A stretch of DNA of 64,000 bases, taken from IMG/VR virus record IMGVR_UViG_3300021387_000452; one strand, given 5' to 3'. The DNA comes from a virus (lineage: Duplodnaviria > Caudoviricetes). A program made the position numbers and the translations under genes. Shown one piece after another: positions 1 through 7,749 of the stretch; the stretch's first letter is position 1, and every line of letters begins with the position of its first letter. The notes beneath the pieces were generated by a model. That model did not search any database, had not been told where the DNA came from, and was given only the letters and a program-made list of their open reading frames with translations.

Positions 1-236
1 TGATTAAGAACATGAAGTCTTAATATGTCAGAGCAAAACGCAAATTTCTTCTGACTATACCAAAGATCATAATACTTCTTTTCTGTATCATCAAGATGAA
101 GCTGACTGATATTGGATTCATTCCACTCAATGATTTGATAGTCACTCATGTATTTATGGAATGACTCGATGCATTTATTTGCTAGCTCAGTTTTATGATT
201 TCCAACCCAGATATAATGTAAGATTTTAGGTATCAT
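1..236 (-). CDS. Glycosyltransferase family 32 (capsular polysaccharide synthesis type), 3'-truncated by the window edge
   Basis: Not in the ORF track. Manual translation gives MIPKILHYIWVG...CIESFHKYMSDYQIIEWNESN...KFAFCSDILRL, typical of the GT32 N-terminus. Confidence 0.8.
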   Translation of the reverse strand, partial: MIPKILHYIWVGNHKTELANKCIESFHKYMSDYQIIEWNESNISQLHLDDTEKKYYDLWYSQKKFAFCSDILRLHVLN

Positions 237-462
237 CATCTATAACTTCTGTAGATAATACTTCAACTTCTGGAATAGATGGATCAATATCATAAATGTT
301 AGACTTAATTGAAGTACACAGCTCTGTTCCTGTGCAGCCTATTACATTACATCTATCAAAGTGACACTCTACTGAAAAAATGCAGTCTGTAATGTTGCAT
401 CTTTCAAAGAATGTCTCTTCAGCAAATGTCATATTTTTAATATTTTTTGCTACATGTTTCAT
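226..462 (-). CDS. Small Cys-rich hypothetical protein with beta-helix-like repeats
   Basis: ORF with FERCNITDCIF / FDRCNVIGC repeats. Confidence 0.45.
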   Translation of the reverse strand: MKHVAKNIKNMTFAEETFFERCNITDCIFSVECHFDRCNVIGCTGTELCTSIKSNIYDIDPSIPEVEVLSTEVIDDDT

Positions 463-471
463 AGTAAATCT

Positions 472-924
472 CTAATCACTACTAATATACTGCAATACAC
501 ACATTGATAAAGCATTGGCTTCTTTTGTAGTACCACGCTTTTGAAAGTTAGTCCCACCTCTATTATAAGCCTTCACCAAAAGTGCAACATGCTTAAATCT
601 CTCTTGTAAATGTTTGATATATCTAGCGGCTGCTATTGTATTACATTTAATGTCATCAATATCTTCCAGTGAGCAGCCATCTGGCATGTAATGCTTATAT
701 GTACTCGGCATGAGCTGAAAAAATCCTCTCGCGCCTTTCGAGGATGTTTTAACTCTGCATCCGCTTTCACAAACAGCTAAATAAAAATAATCAGAAGATA
801 CTCCTTCTGATTCTAGTAAAGATGAAATCTCTTCTTGATATGGTAAACAGCTCTCCAATCTAGAATCAGCAAATGCCGAAATCGGGAAGAGAATCACCAT
901 GAACATAATAAAAAGTTTAATCAT
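472..924 (-). CDS. SLT-domain lytic transglycosylase with signal peptide
   Basis: Catalytic ES motif, GFFQLMPST, AYNRG; hydrophobic N-terminus ending AFA. Confidence 0.85.
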   Translation of the reverse strand: MIKLFIMFMVILFPISAFADSRLESCLPYQEEISSLLESEGVSSDYFYLAVCESGCRVKTSSKGARGFFQLMPSTYKHYMPDGCSLEDIDDIKCNTIAAARYIKHLQERFKHVALLVKAYNRGGTNFQKRGTTKEANALSMCVLQYISSD

Positions 925-932
925 ATATTCCT

Positions 933-1547
933 CTATTCAATGAATGATTTATTCACAAATAAGTTATACAAGTTACACCCTATGAAGTTAAACAGAATCA
1001 CTACTAGAAGCCTAGAAGTAAGACCCCATATATTATCATAGAATACTGAACTAGCTCCATAATAGAATGAATCTAGAACACAATGAAAACCACCAATAGC
1101 TAAGAATGAGAATACACATGCTATGTGTAATAAATAGCCTGATCTTAGATTATCAAATTTGGCGGCTAATGTTAATAAAAATCCAGTTATCAGAGACATC
1201 ATAATGCAAAGCAAATAGTCTGATGATAAATGGCTCAGCACTATCTTATCAGCATTGCTTACTATAGATTGATTTAGAAATCTTGATATAAGCCCAAATA
1301 AGAAAGCAGCTATCACATTAAGTATAAGAACTAAAATCAGTCTACGAAAGTCAATTGAGTCAGATAGAAATCCAGACTTATTAGTAAAAAGATTCAGATT
1401 AAGTACGCTACATGACAAAAAGCATATAGACGCTAATGCTGATCCAATCATAGAGTCATGACTTAGTAGATATAAGCATCCACCAATACCGACTACTATA
1501 CCAGCAAGTAATGACCTAGATATGACATGATCAACTGGATCTATCAT
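933..1547 (-). CDS. Formate/nitrite transporter (FNT) family channel
   Basis: About 6 TM segments; LLAGIVVGIG, LFT, GGFHCV and NFIG match FNT motifs. Confidence 0.75.
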   Translation of the reverse strand: MIDPVDHVISRSLLAGIVVGIGGCLYLLSHDSMIGSALASICFLSCSVLNLNLFTNKSGFLSDSIDFRRLILVLILNVIAAFLFGLISRFLNQSIVSNADKIVLSHLSSDYLLCIMMSLITGFLLTLAAKFDNLRSGYLLHIACVFSFLAIGGFHCVLDSFYYGASSVFYDNIWGLTSRLLVVILFNFIGCNLYNLFVNKSFIE

Positions 1548-1629
1548 CTTGTACTCTCCTCATATAAAACAAATGCCTATGCAACATATAAATATACATC
1601 GCATAGGCATTCATCTTAATCATCCCAAT

Positions 1630-2532
1630 CTAATCATCTACTCTCTTTAATATAATGCGAACATATGTTGGTTTGTTTGGTGCTAGACACGGGCCTCTTG
1701 TTTTCCAAGGTGGCTTATCAAGATTCACCAAATCACCAGTAATACGACCAAGCTCAAAATCTAACTCATCATAATTGTTAAATACACCAATAATCTTAAA
1801 CTTACTTGGATCATGCTTGGTCAAATATGTAATAGGGACACCGATATAACCATCATAATCAAACGGAATATCAGCTACCTTATTACAATTTATCGCATCA
1901 AAATTCACATACTTCTGATGAATGTTTGGGTCATACTGAACAGATAGATCCAAACTGTAAAGTCTATTAACATCTAAATTTGTGAATGTTGTAATTGAAG
2001 CCACCTTTACATACGAGACATTATCTCTCATATACACCTTAGACTTTGGGTCATTAGCATATTCCATAGGAACTTCAAACTCACAAGTTTTATTTGCAAT
2101 GTAGCCAAGTCTAATGTGATCTTTAATAAGCATAGAAGATACTTGCTTATAACAGATACAATTATTAGTTCCCCAAATAATAAACTTCTTACTAAGCTTA
2201 TCTAGCAACTCAAGAAATTGTCTGAATAGGCTAAACGGTGGATTAGTTACAACAATATCACAATGGCTGTAATTATCTATTGCTACTTCACTTAAACAAT
2301 CAACTCCGTCTTGAAGAGATGTATAAACCAAATCTTCAATTAGCCCATTGGCTTTTAACTCTGAAAAGTATTTGACGAAAGCTGAATCTTCAGTGTCGCA
2401 TGGACAATAGATTGTTTTGCCTTTGAACTGATCAAGATAATGATCGAGCTCAAACTTAACATCTGTATATAGAGTATAAAACTCATCCTTCTTGGATGAG
2501 CGTGCTACAGATAATCGTTGTCTTGTAAACAT
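1630..2532 (-). CDS. Adenine-specific DNA methyltransferase, M.EcoRI family
   Basis: KKDEFYT, IYCPCD, TNPPFSLFR, GVPIT motifs. Confidence 0.85.
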   Translation of the reverse strand: MFTRQRLSVARSSKKDEFYTLYTDVKFELDHYLDQFKGKTIYCPCDTEDSAFVKYFSELKANGLIEDLVYTSLQDGVDCLSEVAIDNYSHCDIVVTNPPFSLFRQFLELLDKLSKKFIIWGTNNCICYKQVSSMLIKDHIRLGYIANKTCEFEVPMEYANDPKSKVYMRDNVSYVKVASITTFTNLDVNRLYSLDLSVQYDPNIHQKYVNFDAINCNKVADIPFDYDGYIGVPITYLTKHDPSKFKIIGVFNNYDELDFELGRITGDLVNLDKPPWKTRGPCLAPNKPTYVRIILKRVDD

Positions 2533-2562
2533 ATCTCTAAACAGATAAACAGGTTAAACAAG

Positions 2563-2635
2563 TGCCCCAAGAAAGACTCGAACTTCCGACCGCCGCATTA
2601 CAGGTGCGATGCTCTACCAACTGAGCTATTAGGGC
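2563..2635 (-). tRNA. tRNA-Thr(UGU)
   Basis: Cloverleaf; anticodon loop CCTGTAA. Confidence 0.9.
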
Positions 2636-2638
2636 AAA

Positions 2639-2727
2639 CGAAGAGAGTAGGATTCGAACCTACGGTACGGTGTAACCCGTACGACTGAATAGCAATCAGT
2701 TGCCTTCAACCACTCGGCCATCTCTTC
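2639..2727 (-). tRNA. tRNA-Ser(GCU)
   Basis: Long variable arm; loop TTGCTAT. Confidence 0.9.
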
Positions 2728-2731
2728 ACGA

Positions 2732-2815
2732 TGTCAGCAGAGAGACTCGAACTCTCAAGCCTTTCGGCGGCAGCTTCTAAGACTGCTGCGTTTACCCAAG
2801 TTTCGCCATGCTGAC
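2732..2815 (-). tRNA. tRNA-Leu(UAG)
   Basis: Loop CTTAGAA; variable arm. Confidence 0.9.
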
Positions 2816-2820
2816 ATAAA

Positions 2821-2907
2821 TGGGCGTGGAAGGACTCGAACCTTCTTCTCCGAATGCATCTCTGCATTCCTCGCGAGAGGTGTTTTACCAAGATAAACTA
2901 CACGTCC
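2821..2907 (-). ncRNA. tRNA-like RNA without a canonical anticodon loop
   Basis: Acceptor, D and T arms present; the central arm ends in a GAATGCA-GAGA-TGCATTC tetraloop hairpin. Confidence 0.7.
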
Positions 2908-2909
2908 TA

Positions 2910-2981
2910 TTGTGAGTATTGGATTCGAACCAATTCTATGAGTGTATGAGGCTCATGTGCTAACCATTACACCAACTCACA
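2910..2981 (-). tRNA. tRNA with CAU anticodon (elongator Met or Ile2)
   Basis: Loop CTCATAC. Confidence 0.8.
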
Positions 2982-2989
2982 TTATAAAT

Positions 2990-3089
2990 CTGGCTGCTGG
3001 GATTCGAACCCAAAACCTCTGATCCCTTAAATTAATTTAAGGTGACTATCTCATCAGTGTTCTGTTATCATGTTTTAAACTACAGCCCA
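2990..3089 (-). ncRNA. tRNA-like RNA with a bulged, extended anticodon arm
   Basis: T arm TTGGG-TTCGAAT-CCCAG; stem CTGAT/ATCAG encloses a bulge plus CCTTAAA-TTAA-TTTAAGG; enlarged D loop. Confidence 0.6.
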
Positions 3090-3094
3090 TAAGA

Positions 3095-3165
3095 TGGAGA
3101 ATATCAGAATCGAACTGATGTCTATAGAATGCAAATCTATTGTTCTCCCGCTGAACTAATTCCCC
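3095..3165 (-). tRNA. tRNA-Ala(UGC)
   Basis: Loop TTTGCAT; G3:U70 pair. Confidence 0.9.
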
Positions 3166-3279
3166 ATAAAAGACGGAGGTGTTATTTAGATAGCAGTTCT
3201 ATTTCAACTACAGGGCACACACCTGAAACCTCTTTGTTGGTTAGCCTCGCCAACATTGCCCGATTTGAACGGGACTTGA

Positions 3280-3352
3280 CGGGAAATGTAGGACTCGAAC
3301 CTACGACTCCGGACTTAACAGGACCGTGTTCTACCGACTGAACTAATTTCCC
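3280..3352 (-). tRNA. tRNA-Asn(GUU)
   Basis: Loop CTGTTAA. Confidence 0.9.
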
Positions 3353-3356
3353 ATAA

Positions 3357-3429
3357 TAGCGGGAGCTGGATTCGAACCAACGATCTCTGGGTTATGGGCC
3401 CAGAATGTTAACCACTACACTATCCCGCA
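3357..3429 (-). tRNA. tRNA-fMet(CAU), initiator type
   Basis: GGG/CCC anticodon stem; 1:72 mismatch. Confidence 0.85.
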
Positions 3430-3517
3430 ATAAGATAAATAAACACCTGTTTAACGATACAGGCAATCGGGGTTATTTAGTCCTCAAACAATCGGACATG
3501 TCGTATCCCAACGGCAA

Positions 3518-3589
3518 TAGCGGATGACAGAGTCGAACTGTCTTAAAGAGTTTATAAGACTCACGTAATAACCGGTATACGAATCCGCT
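3518..3589 (-). tRNA. tRNA-Ile(UAU)
   Basis: Loop CTTATAA. Confidence 0.8.
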
Positions 3590-3594
3590 GTAAA

Positions 3595-3669
3595 TCGGAG
3601 TGGCGAGACTTGCACTCACAAACCTCCCGGACCCAAACCGGGCGCTCTACTAAATTGAGCTACACTCCG
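3595..3669 (-). tRNA. tRNA-Pro(UGG)
   Basis: Loop TTTGGGT. Confidence 0.9.
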
Positions 3670-3674
3670 ATAAA

Positions 3675-3747
3675 TACACCATGAAAGACTCGAACTTTCG
3701 ACCCACGGCTTAGAAGGCCGTTGCACTTCCAACTGTGCTAATGGTGC
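3675..3747 (-). tRNA. tRNA-Arg(UCU)
   Basis: Loop CTTCTAA. Confidence 0.9.
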
Positions 3748-3875
3748 AAATAGATATTATCATAATCTCACGATTATTAACACCCTAATAATCCACTTAG
3801 AAAAACACTAAACATACTCACTTTCATTGTTGCCAATTCCAGTGAGTTCTATATAGGTAACCAGTCTATATAGAA

Positions 3876-3959
3876 TGCTTCAACAGAGACTCGAACTCTG
3901 ACGCCACTTAAGGCAATGGCTTCTAAGACCATTATGTCTACCAATTTCATCACTGAAGC
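3876..3959 (-). tRNA. tRNA-Leu(UAG), second divergent copy
   Basis: Loop CTTAGAA; variable arm. Confidence 0.9.
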
Positions 3960-3963
3960 ATAA

Positions 3964-4036
3964 TGGAGAAGTGTAGGAATCGAACCTACGACCTACGGAT
4001 TACTCTCCGCAACTCTACCACTAAGCTAACTTCCCC
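3964..4036 (-). ncRNA. Ala-acceptor tRNA-like RNA with a 6-nt 'anticodon' loop and 8-bp acceptor stem
   Basis: GGGGAAGT/ACTTCTCC-A with G3:U; arm GCGGA-GAGTAA-TCCGT. Confidence 0.7.
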
Positions 4037-4212
4037 AAAAGGAGCGGGCCAAATTTTATTTCACAACAATACTTAACCCTAGCAGAACATGACATGAAAA
4101 TGGAAGAATGTTGATTCTCGACAACATTGATCTCATTTATATTATACATAACTTAGAAAGAGAATGCAACTAAATTATGCATAATCTTATCATCTCATTT
4201 AAAGATGATAAA

Positions 4213-4285
4213 CAGGCCACAGAGGATTCGAACCTCTATCCTCGGTTTTGGAGACCGAGATGCTGAACCATTACACCAGCAACCT
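4213..4285 (-). tRNA. tRNA-Trp(CCA)
   Basis: Loop CTCCAAA. Confidence 0.9.
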
Positions 4286-4286
4286 A

Positions 4287-4360
4287 TGGTTCCGTGAACA
4301 GGAATTGCACCTATACTGGCGGAGTCAAAGTCCGCTGTTCTACTATTAAACTATCACGAA
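4287..4360 (-). tRNA. tRNA-Gln(UUG)
   Basis: Loop CTTTGAC; encoded CCA end. Confidence 0.9.
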
Positions 4361-4364
4361 GTAA

Positions 4365-4436
4365 TTCCGGGAGCTGGAATCGAACCAACATTAACTGGGT
4401 CAGAGCCAGTCGTCCTAGCCATTAAACGATCCCGAA
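4365..4436 (-). tRNA. tRNA-Gln(CUG)
   Basis: Loop CTCTGAC. Confidence 0.9.
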
Positions 4437-4659
4437 GTAAAGGCTAAATTTTATCTCACGACAATATTTAGCCATGAGGAGCAAAAATTAGAGCAATCAG
4501 TTTGTAGTGCTGTCTTGTTCTAACATATTTAATATACATAATCAAATCAGCAATTTAACTAAATTGATATGTATTTTGACTATCCCCAGGAGCATGAGAA
4601 TTCTTGATTTACATCTACTCTCATTCGAGAACTCAGCTTTATTCCTTCACGAGATAATC

Positions 4660-5266
4660 TTATAAATCTGATGCCTCACCTTAATTGGCAATCCGGATTA
4701 TCACCCACTAGTAAATGACCTCTAGAAAGTCTCCTAGCTGTTAAAGGACTACTCGTTCGAATAGTAGGTGTTCCAAGTACAGAATTACCTATATCACTAT
4801 AGGTTGCCATAATCCTAAGCGGCCGTGTACTTAAGTCCCATACAGGAATCATGGTCTTTTTTTTGAATCTCATGTTTGAGCATTATTCAAATCACAGAAT
4901 AAGAGGCTTAGAGATTACTCTATAAATATCTTACTGTGTGCTGTTACGCCAAAGTGGAGTGCAATCCTTACCAGTTACGGGGTGATTGCCTACTTCAATC
5001 GGAGTGACCAATAACCTATATACCATTATACTTCACTCTGTCAATTTGGTATATAACCTGATCCGCCTTAATCAGCCGTTGCACTTCTCGTAATGCAGTG
5101 TTTAGTTCTGCCCGAGGTTTGCAATTCTGTAAGATTTATCGCGAATAAATCTGGAATATGTGACCTTTAAGCGTTCTACATCTTGGTAGATATAGAATCA
5201 GGATATATGCTATTGGCGATTGCCACACTCATTAAGGATGGGTGCTTCTAACCCAACCACAATAAG
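4660..5266 (-). ncRNA. Large ncRNA candidate (ROOL/GOLLD-like context) with a 23S rRNA H43/H44-like 5' segment; boundaries approximate
   Basis: ~600 nt without a credible ORF inside the tRNA operon; GGTTGGGTTAGAAGCACCCATCCTTAATGAGTG near the 5' end. Confidence 0.6.
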
Positions 5267-5272
5267 ATTTAA

Positions 5273-5360
5273 TACCAGTGGAGAGACTCGAACTCTCAAG
5301 TAACGCCATGTTACGCGCCGATTTTGAGTCGACTGCCTTTGCCGATTTGGCTACACTGGC
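5273..5360 (-). tRNA. tRNA-Leu(CAA)
   Basis: Loop CTCAAAA. Confidence 0.9.
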
Positions 5361-5364
5361 TCAA

Positions 5365-5446
5365 TGCGAGAAGTGGGAATCGAACCCACAAGCCAAATGG
5401 CGTAGCATTTTAAGTGCTATGTGTTTACCAATTTCACCATTCTCGC
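5365..5446 (-). tRNA. tRNA-Leu(UAA)
   Basis: Loop CTTAAAA. Confidence 0.9.
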
Positions 5447-5721
5447 AAAACCATAGTATGAAAGGCACGACTCTCACGTACTGCCAAGCTCCAATTGCTA
5501 CCCCATCCCGGTTTAGACAACTGGTTTGCCAAGCTCCCATACTATAGTTAGTTAACAAGTCATTTCCATTACCATACGTTAGGACTTTTTCAGGCTCTAC
5601 GTTCTGTTACTCTATTACATTCAACCGTCTTACGTATATGCACCTTGTGCACCAAATACATACAGTGGGCGATGTGTATTCTTTACCATGCAGACTAGCT
5701 CTTCGTAGCAATGACTTGTAA

Positions 5722-5799
5722 TGGAAAATGAAAGAATCGAACTTTTCATCTAACGACCCAATAAAGGGTCGGTTATTTTACCAGTTAAACTAATTTTCC
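5722..5799 (-). ncRNA. tRNA-like RNA with a lengthened anticodon stem and 6-nt loop
   Basis: GGAAAAT/ATTTTCC-A acceptor; arm CGACCC-TTTATT-GGGTCG. Confidence 0.7.
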
Positions 5800-5804
5800 A
5801 TAAA

Positions 5805-5976
5805 TGAGAAATGTAGGATTTGAACCTACTCCTTTCATGGCATCTAATATAATTCCTATAATTGTGTTAATCCTGAACTTATAGAGAAGTGACTCTCTAC
5901 TCGGGAATTGAACCCGACCAATTATAGGTATTAGTTTATAGCTTCATGAATATTCTACCAACTAAACTAATTTCAC
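5805..5976 (-). ncRNA. Double-elbow tRNA-like RNA (tRNA with a permuted tRNA body replacing the anticodon loop)
   Basis: Outer acceptor, D and T arms plus an inner T arm (5901-5917), capped acceptor-like stem (5881-5900) and D-like arm (5866-5878). Confidence 0.7.
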
Positions 5977-5980
5977 ATAA

Positions 5981-6064
5981 TGGAGAGGGGAAGATTCGAA
6001 CTTCCGAAGCCTTTCGGCGCAGAATTTACAGTCCTGACCTGTTGACCGCTTAGGTAACCTCTCC
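5981..6064 (-). tRNA. tRNA-Tyr(GUA)
   Basis: Loop CTGTAAA; variable arm. Confidence 0.9.
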
Positions 6065-6091
6065 AAGCAAATTAAATAGATATCTTTCTTT

Positions 6092-6110
6092 TATTCAGTT
6101 GTCAAAGATC
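6092..6110 (-). promoter_or_regulatory. rrn-type boxA antitermination-like site upstream of the tRNA operon
   Basis: GATCTTTGACAACTGAATA. Confidence 0.6.
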
Positions 6111-6133
6111 TTAGAACTATCTATTAGTTAGTT

Positions 6134-6385
6134 CTATTGAATCTTGCTTTTCGTAAACTGTCTATAGGCTTTCATCCAAGCTGGATTAAAACCATCAAGA
6201 ACTATCTTTGATTTAAAGTCGTTTGTCGGGACGACATCTTTATAGATATTTGAAATTGTAGAAGCATCTTCTTCAGAAAGAAGATTAAGATCAAGCCCAC
6301 CAATATAGACATCATTTTCTTTAATGACGAAGACCTTACGAGATTTCGTACCATTGGATGATGTATAGGTAAACTCTTTAATCAT
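6134..6385 (-). CDS. Hypothetical protein
   Basis: ORF with AGGAG RBS downstream of a repeated promoter cassette. Confidence 0.7.
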   Translation of the reverse strand: MIKEFTYTSSNGTKSRKVFVIKENDVYIGGLDLNLLSEEDASTISNIYKDVVPTNDFKSKIVLDGFNPAWMKAYRQFTKSKIQ

Positions 6386-6412
6386 AGCAAACTCTCCTTT
6401 TGTTCTCTAGTA

Positions 6413-6476
6413 TTGGAAGGAACCATTCCCTCCAATCTATGAGATCTATATACCAAAAAGTTTCGCAGTCGTAAAC
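6413..6476 (-). promoter_or_regulatory. Repeated early promoter + leader hairpin cassette (lacks the GGTGAT part)
   Basis: GTTTAC...TATATA then TTGGAGGGAA-TGG-TTCCTTCCAA. Confidence 0.7.
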
Positions 6477-7305
6477 AAGTTTTTGCAAAAATTTCACTTT
6501 TTCACCGGAACGTATGTAATCGTTTGTTTTGGCTCAAATTCTTCTGCACAACATTCACATAAGCAATCTTCATAAAACATACTTTCACTATAGGTCTGAG
6601 TAACACCATTTACTCCAACAAAGCCATCTTCACATTTATAGACTGACGTGGAAGTTTCAAACCATCTATGTTTATCAACATAAAGACCACGAGCTACTAC
6701 TTCTAAGTCAAAGTCTTCTTCAAATGAATATAAAGACCAGTACTTTGTGCTGTTCACTTTCTCAATTACTTCTGCTACTTTCATGATTATTCTCCTTATT
6801 TAGAAATTAAGATGAACCACTCATCTTAAGGTGTATACTCTCTTATGATCTCAGACTTTATTATAGTCTTGATCAATTGCCATCTATTCTGCTTAAGATA
6901 GTTACTATTTGCTATTGTCTTTAAAGCTTCCTCTTCTGATAAGAAAACTTTTGGAGAACTATTCCACCAATCATAGCCAACATCATCGCCACGATATTCT
7001 ATCCAATCGGATGATGAAGCAGTAACAAGTGGAATTAGAATAGTGTAATGAACTACGTCTACCATATAACACTCTCAATGTAAATGCTTTTTAAGAAAGT
7101 CCTCAAACTTAAGACATGATTTATCTTTGCTACTAATATGAATTATGTTATCACAGTGATGACACACAATACCTTGATCTCTGACTATCTCTTCTGTAAA
7201 CATTGATAAGCTAAACTCTTTTCCACAATATGGACATTTTGATTTGAATTGATGCTTTTCATAGTATTCTTGTTTAGTCATGATCAACCTCCAACTAAGT
7301 AACCA

Positions 7306-7385
7306 AACTAAGGAAGTATTTCGTTCCTTAGCTTTATGAGTTACTTATAAGCCAAATCAAAAATCATGTAAACAAAAATCACCGA
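7306..7385 (-). promoter_or_regulatory. Repeated promoter cassette
   Basis: CGGTGATTTTTGTTTACA-N17-TATAAG; hairpin CTAAGGAA...TTCCTTAG. Confidence 0.75.
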
Positions 7386-7749
7386 ACAAAATTGCTAATG
7401 CTCAAGTATGTCTTCCACTACACGGTCTATCGTGTCCATACCAAATGGAGAGATATGGTAAACAGCTTGTTCTAAACCATAGATCTCATTTCTAAACGAG
7501 TCTATAGTTGCGGTAATCGTTCCATAACAACAGTCTTCATACTTCTTAGCAATTCTTTTCACGTGAGGTGTAAGAGCTTCTTTTAATTCTTTAACTGTTT
7601 TACACTTTAGAAATGGAGCTCTTAAGTCATCATACTGCTTATTAACGCTATATTCCAATGAGCTATAAACACCGTACTTCATAAGTAACCTCCATGAAAA
7701 GAATAGGCACATGTAAATAAAATACACGCGCCGTAGTAGTCATTTAATC

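Noticed and set aside
5205-5262. Bona fide 23S rRNA gene or host contamination
   Set aside because: Similarity is limited to ~55 nt; the flanks are not recognisably rRNA
2706-5558. ORFs 2706-2891, 3129-3341, 4676-4873, 5278-5547, 5361-5558
   Set aside because: They overlap tRNA/ncRNA genes and are spurious
2732-5799. Stop-codon recoding / suppressor tRNAs
   Set aside because: UAG anticodons read CUA (Leu); recognisable enzymes are intact in code 11 and genes end in TAA, TAG and TGA; the TTTATT loop at 5722-5799 is not a canonical 7-nt UUA loop
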